Part shown: one piece after another, positions 1 to 8,957 of the stretch
Layout of the letters: every line of letters begins with the position of its first letter
How positions within the stretch are numbered: position 1 is the stretch's first letter
IMG/VR virus record: IMGVR_UViG_643348551_000004
DNA length: 44,935 nt
Direction: 5' to 3' (one strand)
Origin: a virus
Lineage: Duplodnaviria > Heunggongvirae > Uroviricota > Caudoviricetes
Made by a program: the position numbers and the translations under genes
The notes under the pieces: model-generated
Databases searched by the model: none
Told to the model about the DNA's origin: nothing
Seen by the model: only the letters and a program-made list of their open reading frames with translations

Positions 1-1164
1 TTACGCCTTCTTTATATCCTCCATAATTCCAGAGTGGGACATATTTGGGACATTATCACCAAAAATGTCGTCTATTTTCCTCGCATGCTCTGTCAAATGA
101 TTAGGCGCAAGGTGAGCATACCTACGAACCATTTCTATGGACTCCCATCCGCCCATTTCCTGAAGCACTGATAATGGGACGCCTGACTGAATCAGCCAGC
201 TTGCCCAGGTATGTCTGAGGTCATGGAAACGGAAATCTTCAATTCCTGCACGACGACAAGCTGATAGCCATGATGTCTTGCTGTCGATGCGCATCTTCCT
301 GACCGCAGGCGTTGATGTTCCATCTGCTCGCTTAGCCGCCTTGGTATGTACAAACACCCATTTGTGATGCTTGCCTATTTGATCACGCAACACTTTACAG
401 GCGGTATCGTTCAGCGCCACACCAATGGCGCGGTTTGATTTGCTCTCTTCTGGATTCACCCAGGCAACTCGTCGCTGCATGTCGATTTGTTGCCATTCCA
501 GATTTATGATGTTCGACTTTCTCAGACCAGTTGCCAGCGCAAACTTGACGACAGATTTCAGTGGTTCGGGGCACTCATCAATAAGGCGTTTTGCTTCCTC
601 CTTTTCCAGCCATCTGACTCGCTTGTTTCTGACCGCTGGTATCTTGATGACAGGCGCTTTTTCCAGCCACTTCCAGTCGCGTTCTGCAGCACGGAGAATG
701 GCCTTTATCATGGCAAGATGCTTTGCCTTTGTCTGAGTTGATACTGGCTTTGGTTCATAAACAGGCAGTTCTTTACCTTTCCTGATGGCGGCCTGAACTT
801 TCTGTTTCCATATTTCTTTCGTCTTTCTGTTATGCATTCTGCTTACAGCAGAGTAAATCTTTGCCTCCGAGATATCTTTAAGCCTTATACCCTCAAAATG
901 TTCAAGCCAGAACTCAATCCGGCTTTTATCTGAATCGAGAGATTTTTTATCAGCTTTTTCCTCAAGCCATCTTAGGCAGGCCTCTTCAAAAGTGACATCA
1001 GGTAAATCCCCTAGCTTTTCTACTCGCCAGAGTTCTGCTTTTCGCTTGTCGTGCAACTCCTGAGCTTGCCGCTTGTCCTTTGTGCCAAGAGATTCCTTAG
1101 TTCGTTTCCCGCCCGGGAGCGAATACGAGGCATACCATATTTCATTTCTGCGGAAGAGTGACAT
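1..1164 (-). CDS. int: Phage integrase, tyrosine recombinase family
   Basis: 387-aa ORF with C-terminal R..HxxR..Y catalytic signature (HDLRHTWAS...VRRYAHL); first gene of the prophage, adjacent to xis; recalled as similar to DLP12 IntD. Confidence 0.92.
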   Translation of the reverse strand: MSLFRRNEIWYASYSLPGGKRTKESLGTKDKRQAQELHDKRKAELWRVEKLGDLPDVTFEEACLRWLEEKADKKSLDSDKSRIEFWLEHFEGIRLKDISEAKIYSAVSRMHNRKTKEIWKQKVQAAIRKGKELPVYEPKPVSTQTKAKHLAMIKAILRAAERDWKWLEKAPVIKIPAVRNKRVRWLEKEEAKRLIDECPEPLKSVVKFALATGLRKSNIINLEWQQIDMQRRVAWVNPEESKSNRAIGVALNDTACKVLRDQIGKHHKWVFVHTKAAKRADGTSTPAVRKMRIDSKTSWLSACRRAGIEDFRFHDLRHTWASWLIQSGVPLSVLQEMGGWESIEMVRRYAHLAPNHLTEHARKIDDIFGDNVPNMSHSGIMEDIKKA

Positions 1165-1391
1165 TTTCTTTCCTCTGTTATGCCATCACCCGCGCTCACC
1201 TTGATAGTATGCAGCGGAGACTGAAGCGCCGCAATGCAGGCTTGTCGCGTTGTGAGGTAAGGAGATTTTGGTTTAGTGGGGTCTTTGCGTGTTGCCTGTA
1301 GGCGGCCTGTTCGTATCCAGTTGGTAGCGGTAGGTCTGGATATCTTGAGAAACTGACAGGCCTCATCGAGTGTGAGGCTGTATGATTCCAT
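1020..1391 (-). CDS. xis: Excisionase, AlpA-like HTH; 3' extent uncertain
   Basis: ATG at 1391 preceded by GAGGT RBS; N-terminus [31 protein letters not shown] is an excisionase-type HTH; frame stays open to 1020, overlapping int by 145 bp. Confidence 0.6.
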   Translation of the reverse strand: MESYSLTLDEACQFLKISRPTATNWIRTGRLQATRKDPTKPKSPYLTTRQACIAALQSPLHTIKVSAGDGITEERKCHSSAEMKYGMPRIRSRAGNELRNLLAQRTSGKLRSCTTSEKQNSGE

Positions 1392-1641
1392 GGTTACCTC
1401 TGCTTTTTGAACGCATGTCACGTAACTTCTTAATGTGTTCTGCCGTTTCGATCTCTTCTGCTATCCGATCTGCATCAGCTTTATTCACAGGTTCAAAGTC
1501 ATGATTAAAGCGGAACATGCTGGCGATACATGTTCTGCCTTTTCGGATGTAGTGAACTTTGTTGTGGGTAGAACGCAGGATTTTGCAGGGAGTGCCGTGG
1601 TGGTCGACGTACCAGGTGTTAGGAAAAATGATTCTGAACAT
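1363..1641 (-). CDS. Hypothetical small phage protein (92 aa)
   Basis: ATG at 1641 with strong GAGGTG RBS 5 nt upstream; in the int-proximal early-left operon; no recognisable motif. Confidence 0.45.
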   Translation of the reverse strand: MFRIIFPNTWYVDHHGTPCKILRSTHNKVHYIRKGRTCIASMFRFNHDFEPVNKADADRIAEEIETAEHIKKLRDMRSKSRGNHGIIQPHTR

Positions 1642-1906
1642 TTTTACACCTCAATTGGACGATGTTGAAATTTGCTGCTTTGAGGCCATCACAGTCCCCA
1701 TTGTTTGTTCTTAAGTTCGATCTCCTCCTGCAACTTGCACAAGTCCGACAACCCTGAACGGCCAGGCGTCTTCGTTCATCTATCGGATCGCCACACTCAC
1801 AACAATGAGTGGCAGATATAGCCTGGTGGTTCAGACGACGCATTTTTATTGCTGTATTGCGCTGTAATTCTTCGATTTCTGATGCTGAATCAATGATGTC
1901 TGCCAT
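1619..1906 (-). CDS. TraR/DksA-family C4 zinc-finger protein
   Basis: CxxC...CxxC pattern (CCECGDPIDERRRLAVQGCRTCASC) typical of phage/plasmid TraR-like proteins; start is 6 nt after the stop of a possible upstream micro-ORF. Confidence 0.55.
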   Translation of the reverse strand: MADIIDSASEIEELQRNTAIKMRRLNHQAISATHCCECGDPIDERRRLAVQGCRTCASCRRRSNLRTNNGDCDGLKAANFNIVQLRCKNVQNHFS

Positions 1907-2274
1907 CTTCCATTAATCTCTGAATTGTTGGTTAATACGCTTGAGGGTGAATGCGAATAATAAAAAAGGAGCCTGTAGCTCCCTGATGATTTTGCTTTTC
2001 ATGTTCATCGCTCCTTAAAGATGCCGTTTAACATGCCGATCGCCAGGCTTAAATGAGTCGGTGTGAATCCCTCAGCGTTACCGTTTCGCGGTGCTTCTTC
2101 AGTACGCTACGGCAAATGTTATTGATGCTCCTGTCTGGTGACAGCCATCGGGCTTGTATTATGTATAAGTTCTGATAAAAGCCTCCGATATATTAAATTT
2201 AAATAACGAAATTCATCTTCTTGATAAGTTGTGATAGCATCATTAAAAGTTTCAGTTCGTTGAGCAGGGATTAC

Positions 2275-2853
2275 ATGGTAAATCAGCAACAGCAACAGAT
2301 TAACGAAAATCTAAAAATTGAGGCAATCCGTTGGTATCAGAAGCTGCAGGAGATTACTTATCTTGAAGCAGGACAACACATGCGGGCTTTAAATCAGCTC
2401 ATGTGGCAAATCCCTAGTTTCGTAATTGCTGTCAATGGTGGGTTGTGGTATGCAACAACACTGGCAAATGAAAGTTCCCTATGGATTATCTTTGCAGTGT
2501 TAGCATTGTTTGATTTCACAACAATGATTACACTTTATCGCTTAAGGTCTTTAATTGGTTCGAAAATAGCACTACAAAAAAACATTGAAGATCCTTCAAA
2601 AAACTATATTTTAAATGAAATTACTAGAGACGCTGGATTTAAATTGCCCTCTAGCTATGATAATAAGGAAACTGGTTACATAGTAGTGTCGTGCTGGGCA
2701 GTAATGCTTATTGTTTGCTTCTTTGTTAATATTGCTGGAGTATATCATCCAAACTTGTTTTCAAAAGACATTTCACATAATACATACAAAGCAACAATTA
2801 AAAATATTGAGTCAGGATTATTTATCGAAGCAAAATCAGGATTATCAAAGTGA
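2275..2853 (+). CDS. Small integral membrane protein, about 3 predicted TM helices
   Basis: ATG at 2275 preceded by AGGGA; hydrophobic segments IPSFVIAVNGGLWYATTL, LWIIFAVLALFDFTTMITLY, GYIVVSCWAVMLIVCFFVNIAGV; AT-rich; opposite strand to the flanking early operon; a TTG at 2221 is an alternative start. Confidence 0.5.
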   Translation: MVNQQQQQINENLKIEAIRWYQKLQEITYLEAGQHMRALNQLMWQIPSFVIAVNGGLWYATTLANESSLWIIFAVLALFDFTTMITLYRLRSLIGSKIALQKNIEDPSKNYILNEITRDAGFKLPSSYDNKETGYIVVSCWAVMLIVCFFVNIAGVYHPNLFSKDISHNTYKATIKNIESGLFIEAKSGLSK

Positions 2854-3452
2854 CTTCGTGGAAGTTTTATGACAATAATGCTGATCGCTTATTTGCCGAT
2901 TATATATCACTTGATTTTTACTCTATCTTTCAGGATGTTGAAGAGTTTATTTTACAATCTAAGGGTGTCTCTTTGGATGTCGGTTCAGGTTCCGGCCGTG
3001 ATGCTGCTGCGTTAGATGAATTAGGTTATAAAGTAATAGCTGTTGAACCAAGTGAAAAGATGCGAAATTTGGCATCTTCATATTATAAATCTAACCATAT
3101 TATATGGTTAGATGATTCATTGCCTTTTCTTCATAGTGTTAAAGCAATGAATCTAAAGTTCGACCTTATTTTAGTCAGTGCTGTATGGATGCATCTTTCA
3201 AAAAAAGAGCAAAAAATCTCACTAGAGACGCTAACTGATCTTTTAACATTGAATGGGAGAATGATAATTACATTGCGCTTAGGACCTCCCGAACCAGATA
3301 GAAACATTAACGTTGTTAATACTGAGGAACTTCTTGAGTTAGCGTCTCAGTTAGGTCTGAAAACATTGCGAGTTACGTCAATAAATAAAGATAGTTTTCA
3401 ACGTAACCAGATAACTTGGCAGAAAGTTGTATTATCAAAAAATAATGAGTAA
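2850..3452 (+). CDS. Class I SAM-dependent methyltransferase, small-molecule (TehB-like) type
   Basis: Motif I LDVGSGSGRDAAAL and post-I acidic residue; about 200 aa with no DNA-MTase DPPY/target-recognition features; GTG start overlaps the upstream stop (GTGA). Confidence 0.6.
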   Translation: MTSWKFYDNNADRLFADYISLDFYSIFQDVEEFILQSKGVSLDVGSGSGRDAAALDELGYKVIAVEPSEKMRNLASSYYKSNHIIWLDDSLPFLHSVKAMNLKFDLILVSAVWMHLSKKEQKISLETLTDLLTLNGRMIITLRLGPPEPDRNINVVNTEELLELASQLGLKTLRVTSINKDSFQRNQITWQKVVLSKNNE

Positions 3453-3463
3453 ATAACTTAGTA

Positions 3464-4708
3464 TTATTCGCACAGACCGTAGCGTGAAGAGCAAACCTCT
3501 ATATCGAGACTTGCTTTTACAAGATCGTAGACCTTGCCACCGCGCCCTGTTTTTGCCCACTCTACGACTTCATAAACACCCGGAGAATTAAGATCTCCAC
3601 GAGGACCATAAAATCCTGACCAGTCGATGTGTTGCACATCAGGTTTTAGCCCAAAAAGTTGAATATTTCGACCAAGTGGCAGATTGAACTGTTTCATCCA
3701 GCGTTGGCTTATCTCTCCTACGCTCATCCAGTGTACCCATCTACTAGCAAGGCGTACCTTCAACTCCCATTGTTTGTGCTTTTTGATGTGCTCTGGCCAG
3801 CGCGCAGCCGTCTCTGCAATTTCCTCTTTGTTGCATAGCACGCAATTCATGCAGCCAACACGAGACGCACCTTGCATATAAAGTGGATTTGGCTTAATTC
3901 CGAAATATTTGTGAACTGCGAATACGTCCTCAGCCGTCCATTTGTGGAGCGGCAGGAAGTTGTAGAGAAAATCGGCGTCGCGCATATCGCGGGAAAACCT
4001 CTCATATCCAGCGCGCTTAGAGGACTCATCCGCGCGAACACCAGACCATTGTACGATAACATCGCCAGCATCAAGGAGCGGCTTTATGGCTGCGTCGAAA
4101 GCTATCTGAATTTTCAGTTCGTCTGTACAGAATCGGTCGCGCAGCATAGGGAACTTGCCATGCAGAAGGGAGCAATCCAAAAAGCTATTACCGGATGGGT
4201 GCATAACGGAAAGCGCAGCATCAAGAGCAGTTTCGAACTCAATTCCCCAGCGTTCTGCTGTGCGCTTCCAGGCTTGCCCGAATTTGGTGTCAGAACGTGC
4301 GAGGGAAGGCATGACTATGCCACGGTATGCTCCCATGCGGATCATCTGTCGTTTAGACCAGTTTTTTTGCAGATAAATTCGTCGTTTGGCAAAATCTTCT
4401 TCAGTGTAAATCCGCTTCACAACCTGCACAGGGCTACAACCGATCTGCTCATGAATGCTCCTGGCGAATTCGACAGTTAGATTATGCTCATTATCCGTGT
4501 CTGCCATAACAGCATGTACCTGTTTGCCGAATAATGTGTGCGCCACTGCGAGTGTGGCAGTGCTGTCTTTTCCTGCTGAATAATTCACGATTATCTTATG
4601 ATCATTAGGGATGCGAAATTCATTTATATATCTGTTGTAGGACTCTTCTATTTCGCGAATTTTCTTGCTGATGTCTGTTGGGACAATAATTATTGCTGCC
4701 TCGTTCAT
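3464..4708 (-). CDS. PAPS reductase / PP-loop ATP pyrophosphatase family protein (DndC-like fold)
   Basis: 414-aa ORF with N-terminal PP-loop NYSAGKDS; GGGAGG RBS; start overlaps the stop of the upstream small ORF (ATGA). Confidence 0.7.
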   Translation of the reverse strand: MNEAAIIIVPTDISKKIREIEESYNRYINEFRIPNDHKIIVNYSAGKDSTATLAVAHTLFGKQVHAVMADTDNEHNLTVEFARSIHEQIGCSPVQVVKRIYTEEDFAKRRIYLQKNWSKRQMIRMGAYRGIVMPSLARSDTKFGQAWKRTAERWGIEFETALDAALSVMHPSGNSFLDCSLLHGKFPMLRDRFCTDELKIQIAFDAAIKPLLDAGDVIVQWSGVRADESSKRAGYERFSRDMRDADFLYNFLPLHKWTAEDVFAVHKYFGIKPNPLYMQGASRVGCMNCVLCNKEEIAETAARWPEHIKKHKQWELKVRLASRWVHWMSVGEISQRWMKQFNLPLGRNIQLFGLKPDVQHIDWSGFYGPRGDLNSPGVYEVVEWAKTGRGGKVYDLVKASLDIEVCSSRYGLCE

Positions 4709-4863
4709 ACCGCCTCCCGTTTATTATTTATCTCCTCAGCCAGCCGCTGGGCTTTCAGCGGATTTCGGATAACAGAAAGCCCGGGAAATACCCAGCCTCG
4801 CTTTGTAACGGAGTAGACGAAAGTGATCGCGCCTACCCGGATATTATCGTGAGGATGCGTCAT
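4705..4863 (-). CDS. Small ORF downstream of exo (52 aa), in the position of lambda orf60a
   Basis: ATG overlaps the exo stop (ATGA) and its own stop overlaps the next start (ATGA), suggesting translational coupling; below the ORF-track length cutoff, translated by hand. Confidence 0.35.
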   Translation of the reverse strand: MTHPHDNIRVGAITFVYSVTKRGWVFPGLSVIRNPLKAQRLAEEINNKREAV

Positions 4864-5540
4864 CGCCATTGCTCCCCAAATACAAAACCAATTTCAGCCA
4901 GTGCCTCGTCCATTTTTTCGATGAACTCCGGCACCATCTCGTCAAAACTCGCCATATACTTTTCATTCCGCTCAATCACGACATAATGCAGGCCTTCACG
5001 CTTCATGCGCGGGTCATAGTTGGCAAAGTACCAGGCATCTTTTCGCGTCACCCACATGCTGTACTGCACCTGGGCCATGTAAGCCGACTTTATGGCCTCG
5101 AAACCACCGAGCCGGAACTTCATGAAATCCCGGGAGGTAAACGGGCATTTCAGCTCAAGGCCATTGCCGTCACTGCATAAACCATCGGGAGAGCAGGCGG
5201 TGCGCATACTTTCGTCGCGATAGATGATCGGGGATTCAGTAACATTCACGCCGGAAGTGAATTCAAACAGAGTTCTGGCGTCGTTCTCGTACTGTTTTCC
5301 CCATGCCAGCGCCTTAGCATTAACTTCCGGAGCCACACCGGTGCAAACCTCAGCCAGCAGGGTGTGGAAGTAGGACATTTTCATGTCAGGCCACTTCTTT
5401 CCTGAGCGGGGCTTTGCTATCACGTTGTGAACTTCTGAAGCGGTGATGACGCCGAGCCGTAATTTGTGCCATGCATCATCCCCCTGTTCGACAGCTCTCA
5501 CGTCGATCCCGGTACGCTGCAGGATAATGTCCGGTGTCAT
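4860..5540 (-). CDS. exo: Lambda-type 5'-3' exonuclease (Red-alpha)
   Basis: 226 aa, recalled as near-identical to lambda Exo ([39 protein letters not shown]...). Confidence 0.95.
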   Translation of the reverse strand: MTPDIILQRTGIDVRAVEQGDDAWHKLRLGVITASEVHNVIAKPRSGKKWPDMKMSYFHTLLAEVCTGVAPEVNAKALAWGKQYENDARTLFEFTSGVNVTESPIIYRDESMRTACSPDGLCSDGNGLELKCPFTSRDFMKFRLGGFEAIKSAYMAQVQYSMWVTRKDAWYFANYDPRMKREGLHYVVIERNEKYMASFDEMVPEFIEKMDEALAEIGFVFGEQWR

Positions 5541-6322
5541 GCTGCCACCTTCTGCTCAGTGGCTTTCTGTTTCAGGAATCCAAGAGCTTTTACTGCTTCG
5601 GCCTGTGTCAGTTCTGACGATGCGCGAATGTCGCGGCGAAATATCTGGGAACAGAGCGGCAATAAGTCGTCATCCCATGTTTTGTCCAGGGCAATCAGCA
5701 GAGTGTTAATCTCCTGCATGGTTTCATCGTTAACCGGAGTGATGTCGCGTTCCGGCTGGCGTTCTGCAGTGTATGCGGTATTTTCGACAATGCGCTCGGC
5801 TTCATCCTTGTCATAGATACCAGCAAATCCGAAGGCCAGACGGGCACACTGAATCATGGCTTTATGCCGTAACATCCGTTTGGGATGCGACTGCCACGGC
5901 CCCGTGATTTCTCTGCCTTCGCGGGTTTTGAATGGTTCGCGGCGGCATTCATCCATCCATTCGGTAACGCAGATCGGATGATTACGGTCCTTGCGGTAAA
6001 TCCGGCATGTACAGGATTCGTTGTCCTGCTCAAAGTCCATGCCATCAAACTGCTGGTTTTCATTGATGATGCGGGACCAGCCATCAACGCCCACCACCGG
6101 AACGATGCCGTTCTGCTTATCAGGGAAGGCGTAAATTTCTTTCGTCCACGGATTAAGGCCGTACTGGTTGGCGACGATCAGCAATGCGATGAACTGCGCA
6201 TCGCTGGCATCGCCTTTAAATGCCGTCTGGCGAAGAGTGGTGATCAGTTCCTGTGGGTCGACAGAATCCATGCCGACACGTTCAGCCAGCTTCCCAGCCA
6301 GCGTTGCGAGTGCTGTACTCAT
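5537..6322 (-). CDS. bet: Lambda-type ssDNA-annealing recombinase (Red-beta)
   Basis: 261 aa, recalled as near-identical to lambda Bet; overlaps exo start by 4 nt. Confidence 0.95.
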   Translation of the reverse strand: MSTALATLAGKLAERVGMDSVDPQELITTLRQTAFKGDASDAQFIALLIVANQYGLNPWTKEIYAFPDKQNGIVPVVGVDGWSRIINENQQFDGMDFEQDNESCTCRIYRKDRNHPICVTEWMDECRREPFKTREGREITGPWQSHPKRMLRHKAMIQCARLAFGFAGIYDKDEAERIVENTAYTAERQPERDITPVNDETMQEINTLLIALDKTWDDDLLPLCSQIFRRDIRASSELTQAEAVKALGFLKQKATEQKVAA

Positions 6323-6327
6323 CCGTT

Positions 6328-6624
6328 TTATACCTCTGAATCAATATCAACCTGATGGTGAGCAATGGTTTCAACCATGTACCGGATGTGTTCTGCCATG
6401 CGCTCCTGAAACTCAACATCGTCATCAAATGCACGGGTAATGGCTTTTTTGCTGGCCCCGCAGCGTTGTAAATGATCGATGCAGAGCGATTCAAACAAAT
6501 GCTGGGGCAGGCCTTTTTCCATGTCGTCTGCCAGTTCTGCCTCTTTCTCTTCACGGGCGATCTGCTGGTAGTGACGCGCCCAGCTCTGAGCCTCAAGACG
6601 ATCCTGAATGTAATAAGCGTTCAT
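6328..6624 (-). CDS. gam: Gam, RecBCD inhibitor (98-aa short form)
   Basis: [21 protein letters not shown]... matches the C-terminal 98 residues of lambda Gam. Confidence 0.9.
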   Translation of the reverse strand: MNAYYIQDRLEAQSWARHYQQIAREEKEAELADDMEKGLPQHLFESLCIDHLQRCGASKKAITRAFDDDVEFQERMAEHIRYMVETIAHHQVDIDSEV

Positions 6625-6699
6625 GGCTGAACTCCTGAAAATGGCTGTGAAAATATCGCCCGCGAAATGCCAGGCTGATTAGGAAAACAGGAAAGGGGA

Positions 6700-6906
6700 T
6701 TAGCGATTCAGGCCGTTACCGCGTCCGTCGAGAAAAACTTCCACGAGCAAATCACGGGTATAAGTGCGCTCGATGCCGCGATGCAGATAAAGCCGTCCGC
6801 GTAAATTAGCTGATGCAGTCCAGGTACCATCTTTGTGTTTGACCAGCATTCCTGGCATGACCGCACCGCGATTAACGGTCTGCGTTCCGTAATGTTGATG
6901 AACCAT
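6700..6906 (-). CDS. Kil-like small protein (68 aa), possible host cell-division inhibitor
   Basis: ATG at 6906 with AGGAG RBS and 5-nt spacer; resembles Rac KilR as recalled; the 136-aa ORF-track call uses an upstream TTG with no RBS. Confidence 0.45.
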   Translation of the reverse strand: MVHQHYGTQTVNRGAVMPGMLVKHKDGTWTASANLRGRLYLHRGIERTYTRDLLVEVFLDGRGNGLNR

Positions 6907-7183
6907 AAAAACTCCTGCCCGTAAGCTGGGCTGCTGAACATATAGAGACTTCTGCGCGTATTCAGGCGGTGGATGGCCGCCGGTTGTCATAACTAAGCCG
7001 CCTCGTTGAAGCGACTGAGGTATAAAGTGTTGTGTTGATTTCAGCTGGTCACACCGACGTTCACGCGTCCGCTTCACCCCTCGCACTCCCCGGAGCCTGC
7101 TGAAATTCAAGCTGCGGATCTAAGCGGTCATCGCAACGGTGAATCAGGTGATTGCCGTATCGTTGTGTTGTTGCGACATGGGG

Positions 7184-7212
7184 ATAATAGCTATTGCTAT
7201 TGATGATATCAA
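7184..7212 (-). promoter_or_regulatory. pL-like early-left promoter (TTGATA-17-TATTAT) with operator repeats in the spacer
   Basis: On the minus strand: -35 TTGATA (7212-7207), 17-nt spacer, -10 TATTAT (7189-7184); spacer contains CAATAGCAATAGC, also found in the cI/cro intergenic region. Confidence 0.45.
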
Positions 7213-7348
7213 TACTTATTGCTATTGCTAGATGTGTTTTGATATTAAATGTTTGATAGCAAAAAGAATTAATTTTGTGACTTGCATCGCATAGCGATAA
7301 CTGAAGCGAGGTCGTGGTGGTTTTTTGAACGGTGTGTGATGAGGGGAG

Positions 7349-7381
7349 GGCAAAAGAAAACCCGGCACGGTGGCCGGGTTT
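7349..7381 (-). terminator. Rho-independent terminator ending the cI-operon, upstream of pL
   Basis: Minus-strand hairpin CCCGGC-6nt-GCCGGG extended by A/T pairs, followed by TTTTCTTTTG; about 75 nt past the 7456 stop. Confidence 0.5.
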
Positions 7382-7455
7382 AGATGATTGGTTAAGAGCG
7401 AGGGTAATGGGGAATGAAAAATCGCTTTACCTAATGCAAGGGTGCGAGCATTTTC

Positions 7456-7899
7456 TTAAGCACTAAAGAAAAAGTACATTGATAGCTTATAAAGTCCTGT
7501 TCCTGCAGCGATGATTGCTGGAACACCAAGCAATACCGCAAGCTTTGCGTCTGAAATCTTTCTATCGACAGCATCACTTGATGGCTTGTTTGTTAAGGAT
7601 TCTTTTATAGAGTCCAGACGTGCAAGAATAGTTATCATATTTTTGTCGATAGCTTTAACGTCTGTTTTAAGTTCATCAACGTCTCGTTTGATATGAGCAA
7701 CATCGGACTCCAGTTTTGCAACTTTTTCAGGCATGTTATCACTCCCAGACCCACTGCTACCACTTGATTGTAGCATGTCCCATCTTTTTCCAGATATACC
7801 TGCTAGCTGGGAAGACGCACTGGAGTGCAAACAAAATGATTCTGCCGCCTTTGCAATTTTATCATTTAGGTTTGGAGCTTCGTAATAATCGTGTTTCAT
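7456..7899 (-). CDS. Hypothetical 147-aa protein: coiled-coil plus single C-terminal TM helix
   Basis: ATG at 7899; Ser/Gly linker; heptad-like KVAKLESDVAHIKRDVDELKTDVKAIDKNMITILARLDSIKESL; hydrophobic tail LAVLLGVPAIIAAGTGLYKLSMYFFFSA; AT-rich. Confidence 0.55.
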   Translation of the reverse strand: MKHDYYEAPNLNDKIAKAAESFCLHSSASSQLAGISGKRWDMLQSSGSSGSGSDNMPEKVAKLESDVAHIKRDVDELKTDVKAIDKNMITILARLDSIKESLTNKPSSDAVDRKISDAKLAVLLGVPAIIAAGTGLYKLSMYFFFSA

Positions 7900-7911
7900 A
7901 ATTAATTACGA

Positions 7912-8175
7912 TTAGTTTGTTTTAGCTTTGTCATGCTGGTCGCGAATGAAGTCAGCCAATTTAAGCATCAATTCTTCGGGCATTCTAATGGTTGCAATGT
8001 TGTACTTTATGTTCTCAACATCGTCACTTTCATCAACAGGCCATTCAGTTACATTATGAAAAAAAGAAATTGAACCTAGGCGCTGAGAGCCGTCACCAAA
8101 CGAAGAGTAGCCAAACGCGTCGGCGTATGCATCGACACAGTTATTTGATTTTTTAACAAGTGTTTTATTACTCAT
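7912..8175 (-). CDS. Hypothetical 87-aa acidic soluble protein
   Basis: ATG at 8175 with GGAAAGG upstream; immediately downstream of cI on the same strand; stop is 12 nt before the next ORF start. Confidence 0.5.
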   Translation of the reverse strand: MSNKTLVKKSNNCVDAYADAFGYSSFGDGSQRLGSISFFHNVTEWPVDESDDVENIKYNIATIRMPEELMLKLADFIRDQHDKAKTN

Positions 8176-8257
8176 TTTTTGCCTTTCCCGTAATGTTATT
8201 TTTTATAAGGTATTTTCTTCAGCGTATTACCCAAAAGCCTCATCAACACGCGGCTGA

Positions 8258-8950
8258 TTATCCGTGTTTTCTGTACGTCTGCGGCATGCTCCCAATAACC
8301 TTACCGAATATGAATACCCGGTTCATCTCGTCTTTCTCGATCGGGTCCCACGGTGAGTAGCTCTTGTTATCAGAGATAACCAGTAGCTTATCCTTCATCA
8401 TTTGCAGGCGCTTTACATGGGCGGTGTCGTCATACAGAAACGCATAGATACCATCACCGTCGAAAGATTTAACCGTGATATCAACGAACAGCAGATCACC
8501 TGGTTCGATCGTTCCTGACATGCTGTCACCACGCACGTTAATGATGCGGATATTTTCCGCCTTCCTGCCATCGAACATGTGACGAGCATCGTCAAACGAG
8601 TATTCAACCGAGCGTAGAACTTCTACAAACTCACGGTTGATTACACCCGGCCCGGCACTGACTTCTATATCAAGAACGTCAATTTTGAAGTATTTGGAAT
8701 GGCTGACAGCAGGCTTCCCTGATTGTTGACCGTCATTTCTCATCGGGCCTATGCCTGATGAGAGCCATTCTGTTCGAACACCCAATGCATTAGCTATTTC
8801 AACAATTTTTGTTGAGCCGCGCGCGTTGCCGCTTGTCAGTCTCCAGATTGTGGGTTGAGCTACGCCAGACGCCTTTGCAAGAGCGCCTTGAGACATTCCA
8901 GATTGTTCCATCGCTAGGTTTAAGCGATCAGCAAGAGTTTCTTTTTTCAT
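8258..8950 (-). CDS. cI: CI-type prophage repressor (HTH plus S24 LexA-like autopeptidase domain)
   Basis: N-terminal HTH (SQGALAKASGVAQPTIWRL), C-terminal Ser/Lys dyad context (GDSMSGT ... VKRLQ); ATG at 8950 has no SD, consistent with a leaderless transcript. Confidence 0.85.
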   Translation of the reverse strand: MKKETLADRLNLAMEQSGMSQGALAKASGVAQPTIWRLTSGNARGSTKIVEIANALGVRTEWLSSGIGPMRNDGQQSGKPAVSHSKYFKIDVLDIEVSAGPGVINREFVEVLRSVEYSFDDARHMFDGRKAENIRIINVRGDSMSGTIEPGDLLFVDITVKSFDGDGIYAFLYDDTAHVKRLQMMKDKLLVISDNKSYSPWDPIEKDEMNRVFIFGKVIGSMPQTYRKHG

Positions 8951-8957
8951 AAGTTTT

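Noticed and set aside
3872-4480. 202-aa plus-strand ORF
   Set aside because: Antisense to the PAPS-reductase-family gene, with no RBS or motif; the minus-strand gene has the PP-loop and coupled starts.
6907-7110. N-terminal extension of the Kil-like ORF, including an arginine-rich stretch (VRGVKRTRERR) that might suggest an N-like RNA-binding motif
   Set aside because: Depends on a TTG start with no RBS and runs in-frame into the Kil-like ORF without a stop, giving an implausible fusion; more likely untranslated leader.
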